From IMG/VR virus record IMGVR_UViG_3300033066_002255: DNA of 64,000 nt. The stretch is one strand, 5' to 3'. Position 1 is the first letter of the stretch. Each line of letters starts with the position of its first letter. The translations under genes and the position numbers were made by a program. The notes beneath the pieces are model-generated. The model saw only the letters and a list, made by a program, of their open reading frames with translations. It was not told the DNA's origin and did not search any database. Origin of the DNA: a virus (Duplodnaviria; Caudoviricetes). Below are positions 61,828-64,000 of the stretch, one piece after another.

Positions 61828-62286
61828 ATGAATATAAGGAAAATTATTAGAGAAGTTTTGACTAATCATATAAAGAATTTAAATAAACCATATATAGTTA
61901 ATATTAATGGTGAAATGTTTTATCACCAAACCAATTGTAATAATATAAAATCCATAAAAGATAATGGCTTTAAAAGTGATTTACATAATGGTCAAGCAAG
62001 ATTTACTCATGGAGTATATTTTTTAAATCATCCAGAAGGAAGATATGGAGATTGTACGTTACAAGCTAATATTTATGGAAATTTTTTAGATTTCAGAGAT
62101 GAAAATGATATTTTGGGAGATAAATGGATTAATTTTAGAGACTCTTATGAATGGGATAATTATATAGATTTAACAATTAAAATGAGACAAGACAATAAAG
62201 ATATAGATGGTCTTATTTTTGATAATCTATTAGTTGTTTGGTATCCAGAAAAATGTATTAAAAATATTTCTGAATATAATTTGTAA
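61828..62286 (+). CDS. ADP-ribosyltransferase-fold protein (H-Y type) with leader MNIRKIIREVL
   Basis: FYHQT...SIKDNGF...GVYFL...YG...DGLIF..LVVWYP. Confidence 0.55.
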   Translation: MNIRKIIREVLTNHIKNLNKPYIVNINGEMFYHQTNCNNIKSIKDNGFKSDLHNGQARFTHGVYFLNHPEGRYGDCTLQANIYGNFLDFRDENDILGDKWINFRDSYEWDNYIDLTIKMRQDNKDIDGLIFDNLLVVWYPEKCIKNISEYNL

Positions 62287-62294
62287 ACATAAAA

Positions 62295-62393
62295 TTAAAA
62301 CAAGTTGTTCTCAATTAAATTGTCAATATCATCTTTATCAATGGTATCCTTAACTAAAGGAATTCTTTCAAGGTTTTCATTATTTTCTGACAT
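62295..62393 (-). pseudogene. Stub of the original colD 5' end (MSENNENLERIPLVKDTIDKDDIDNLIENNLF*)
   Basis: 16 residues identical to ColD residues 9-24; lies in operon position right after the fcl-like gene. Confidence 0.9.
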
Positions 62394-62440
62394 AATATAT
62401 TTTTTTAAAAAATAAGAATGAAAACCAATAAAGTAAATAA

Positions 62441-63358
62441 TTAAATAGAATTATTATCTAGCAAATATTGATAAGTAGTCTTTATTCCTTGTTCTAATTC
62501 TATAGATTTAAAATCAGGAATAACCCTTTTTAATGTTTCGATTGAAACATCTTTTCTATATTGGCCATCTGGATAGCTATCATCAAATTGTATAGTTAAT
62601 TTTTCAGCATCACAAGCTCTTAAAGCAATTTCAGCCATTTGTTTGATACTAAGATTTTCTTCTGTAGCAACATTCATATTATCAGTTATATCATTCTCCA
62701 AGCAATGATATATAACCTTAGCCAAATCATCTGAATGCATAAACTGCCTTAAAGGATTGCCTGTTCCAAATAATACAATTTTATCATCACCATTCTTTTT
62801 TGCAATATGAATTTTTTTAATTAAAGCTGCAATAAAATGACTATTATCTCCATATTTATCATGTTCACCATAAAGGTTGCATGGTATTAAATATTGATAA
62901 TTGGTGCCATATTGTTTGTTATAAGCATCTATTTGAACTGCTTGAGTTCTTTTTGCATAACCATAAGAAAAATTTGTAGGAGTTGGTGGTCCCTTATGTA
63001 AATCAGTCTCAACCATAGGATATGAATCTACTACATCAGGATATATACAAGTACTTAATATACCAATTAATCTTTCTACTCCATGTCTATAAGCGGAATC
63101 AACAACCAAAGTATTCATCAAAACATTGTCAGTAAAATATTCTGCAGGCTTATTGATATTATCTATAATGCCACCAACTTTTGCAGCGAGATGAATTACA
63201 GCTTCTGGTTTATAAAATTCAAACATAGCTTCTATATTTTCTGCAACAGTTAAATTAAATTCATTAGATGATAAAAACACAGCGGTGGGCATAAGTTTTT
63301 GTAATGATTTGCCAACCATGCCTGAGCCTCCTGTAACTACAATTCTTTTATATTTCAT
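62441..63358 (-). CDS. fcl: GDP-L-fucose synthase / ColC-like reductase
   Basis: ATG 63358; VTGGSGMVG, HLAAKVGGI, STCIYP, YGYAKR, PCNLYG, GTGNPLRQF. Confidence 0.9.
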   Translation of the reverse strand: MKYKRIVVTGGSGMVGKSLQKLMPTAVFLSSNEFNLTVAENIEAMFEFYKPEAVIHLAAKVGGIIDNINKPAEYFTDNVLMNTLVVDSAYRHGVERLIGILSTCIYPDVVDSYPMVETDLHKGPPTPTNFSYGYAKRTQAVQIDAYNKQYGTNYQYLIPCNLYGEHDKYGDNSHFIAALIKKIHIAKKNGDDKIVLFGTGNPLRQFMHSDDLAKVIYHCLENDITDNMNVATEENLSIKQMAEIALRACDAEKLTIQFDDSYPDGQYRKDVSIETLKRVIPDFKSIELEQGIKTTYQYLLDNNSI

Positions 63359-63360
63359 AA

Positions 63361-64000
63361 TTAAATTTTTATCCAACCTTCACAATAAAGGTCATTTGTA
63401 TTATGATTTTCATATGCTGGACCAAACCATTTTGACGGAGCGATAACTTTTTTTTCTGGATTTGCATTTAACCATGCAGCCCACCAACTAAATGTAGAAT
63501 TACAAATAATATTATCATTACAATGACTCATAATATATAAATCTTCATAATCTTTATTCCCCTCTATAAATACAAACTTCTCTGGTAAATCTGGGAAATT
63601 TGCTTTACACCATGCGATATCATCTGAGAATATTAAGAATACAGTATCTTTGGGCATTTGTTTAATAGCCTTCATATAATAATTCATATTTTGCGTTGGA
63701 TGATGGTCTGGTGAATTTAAATAATCACCTCTTCTAACATGAATAGAACAAGTGTGTTTTGTTTCTAATATATTTTTTATTTCTTCTTTTATGTCAACAT
63801 CGTAAGATGTAAATAAATTTCTTATTTCATCTTCATATTCTTTAAAGTATTTTTCAGTTTGAAAATAGCCATAAAGTAATATGTTTTTATCTGGGGAGTC
63901 TTTTAATTCATTATAATGAAATCCACTTTCATTTATCTGTATTCTTCCGTTTCCTTGTGGTGTGTGATACAAATCAATATTTTTGAATATGTTATCATTA
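63361..64000 (-). CDS. GT11 alpha-1,2-fucosyl/colitosyltransferase (5' part outside window)
   Basis: GYFQTEKYF, SIHVRRGDY, FSDDIAWCK, NSTFSWWAAWL. Confidence 0.9.
   Translation of the reverse strand, partial: NDNIFKNIDLYHTPQGNGRIQINESGFHYNELKDSPDKNILLYGYFQTEKYFKEYEDEIRNLFTSYDVDIKEEIKNILETKHTCSIHVRRGDYLNSPDHHPTQNMNYYMKAIKQMPKDTVFLIFSDDIAWCKANFPDLPEKFVFIEGNKDYEDLYIMSHCNDNIICNSTFSWWAAWLNANPEKKVIAPSKWFGPAYENHNTNDLYCEGWIKI

Larger units (their letters stand above)
60675..62309. mobile_element. Cassette 2: recoded colD 5' end + GIY-YIG endonuclease + ART-like cargo
   Basis: LVKDTIDKDDIDNLIE is encoded twice (60675-60722 and 62310-62357), flanking two genes. Confidence 0.85.

Noticed and set aside
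60743-62309. Group I intron explanation for the endonuclease next to colD
   Set aside because: colD has its own new ATG and duplicated N-terminus, the insert includes an opposite-strand gene, and there is no room for a ribozyme core.
1-64000. CRISPR array or tRNA genes (prompted by the Cas4-like nuclease)
   Set aside because: No repeat-spacer pattern or cloverleaf seen; intergenic gaps are short and AT-rich. Solo Cas4-like nucleases are common in phages.
1-64000. Stop-codon reassignment
   Set aside because: Code 11 gives dense, full-length genes, and TAG (52179, 57912) and TGA (41007, 60743) occur at plausible gene ends.

Overview
Very AT-rich, densely coding segment of a large (jumbo-type) myovirus-like phage. 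The host is probably a Bacteroidota member, judging by TTTG-N19/20-TAnnTTT(G/A/T) promoters and AT-only ribosome-binding regions. 1-21.3 kb is a baseplate/tail module (gp25-like, gp6/J-like, gp7/P2-I-like, Calx-beta proteins, Gly-repeat fibre). 21.4-31.5 kb holds recombination/replication genes (RuvC-like, primase, fused Mre11-Rad50, Cas4-like nuclease, SNF2 helicase). 31.5-48.8 kb holds an endolysin, IF3, HNH, two PcfJ-like genes and many small late genes with a shared N-terminal leader. 48.8-53.6 kb holds the gp5-like hub operon and a gp55-like sigma factor. 53.5-64 kb is a glycosylation cluster (GT2, GT4, ColD-like, Fcl/ColC-like, GT11) plus an H1-like/vWA fusion. The main finding is two independent mobile cassettes with the same design: a homing-type endonuclease plus a leader-bearing ADP-ribosyltransferase-like cargo gene. 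Each has inserted into the end of a resident gene and repaired it with a synonymously recoded copy of the displaced terminus, while the old terminus is still visible on the far side (40963-42962 and 60675-62393). All family assignments come from motif recognition by eye; no searches were run.
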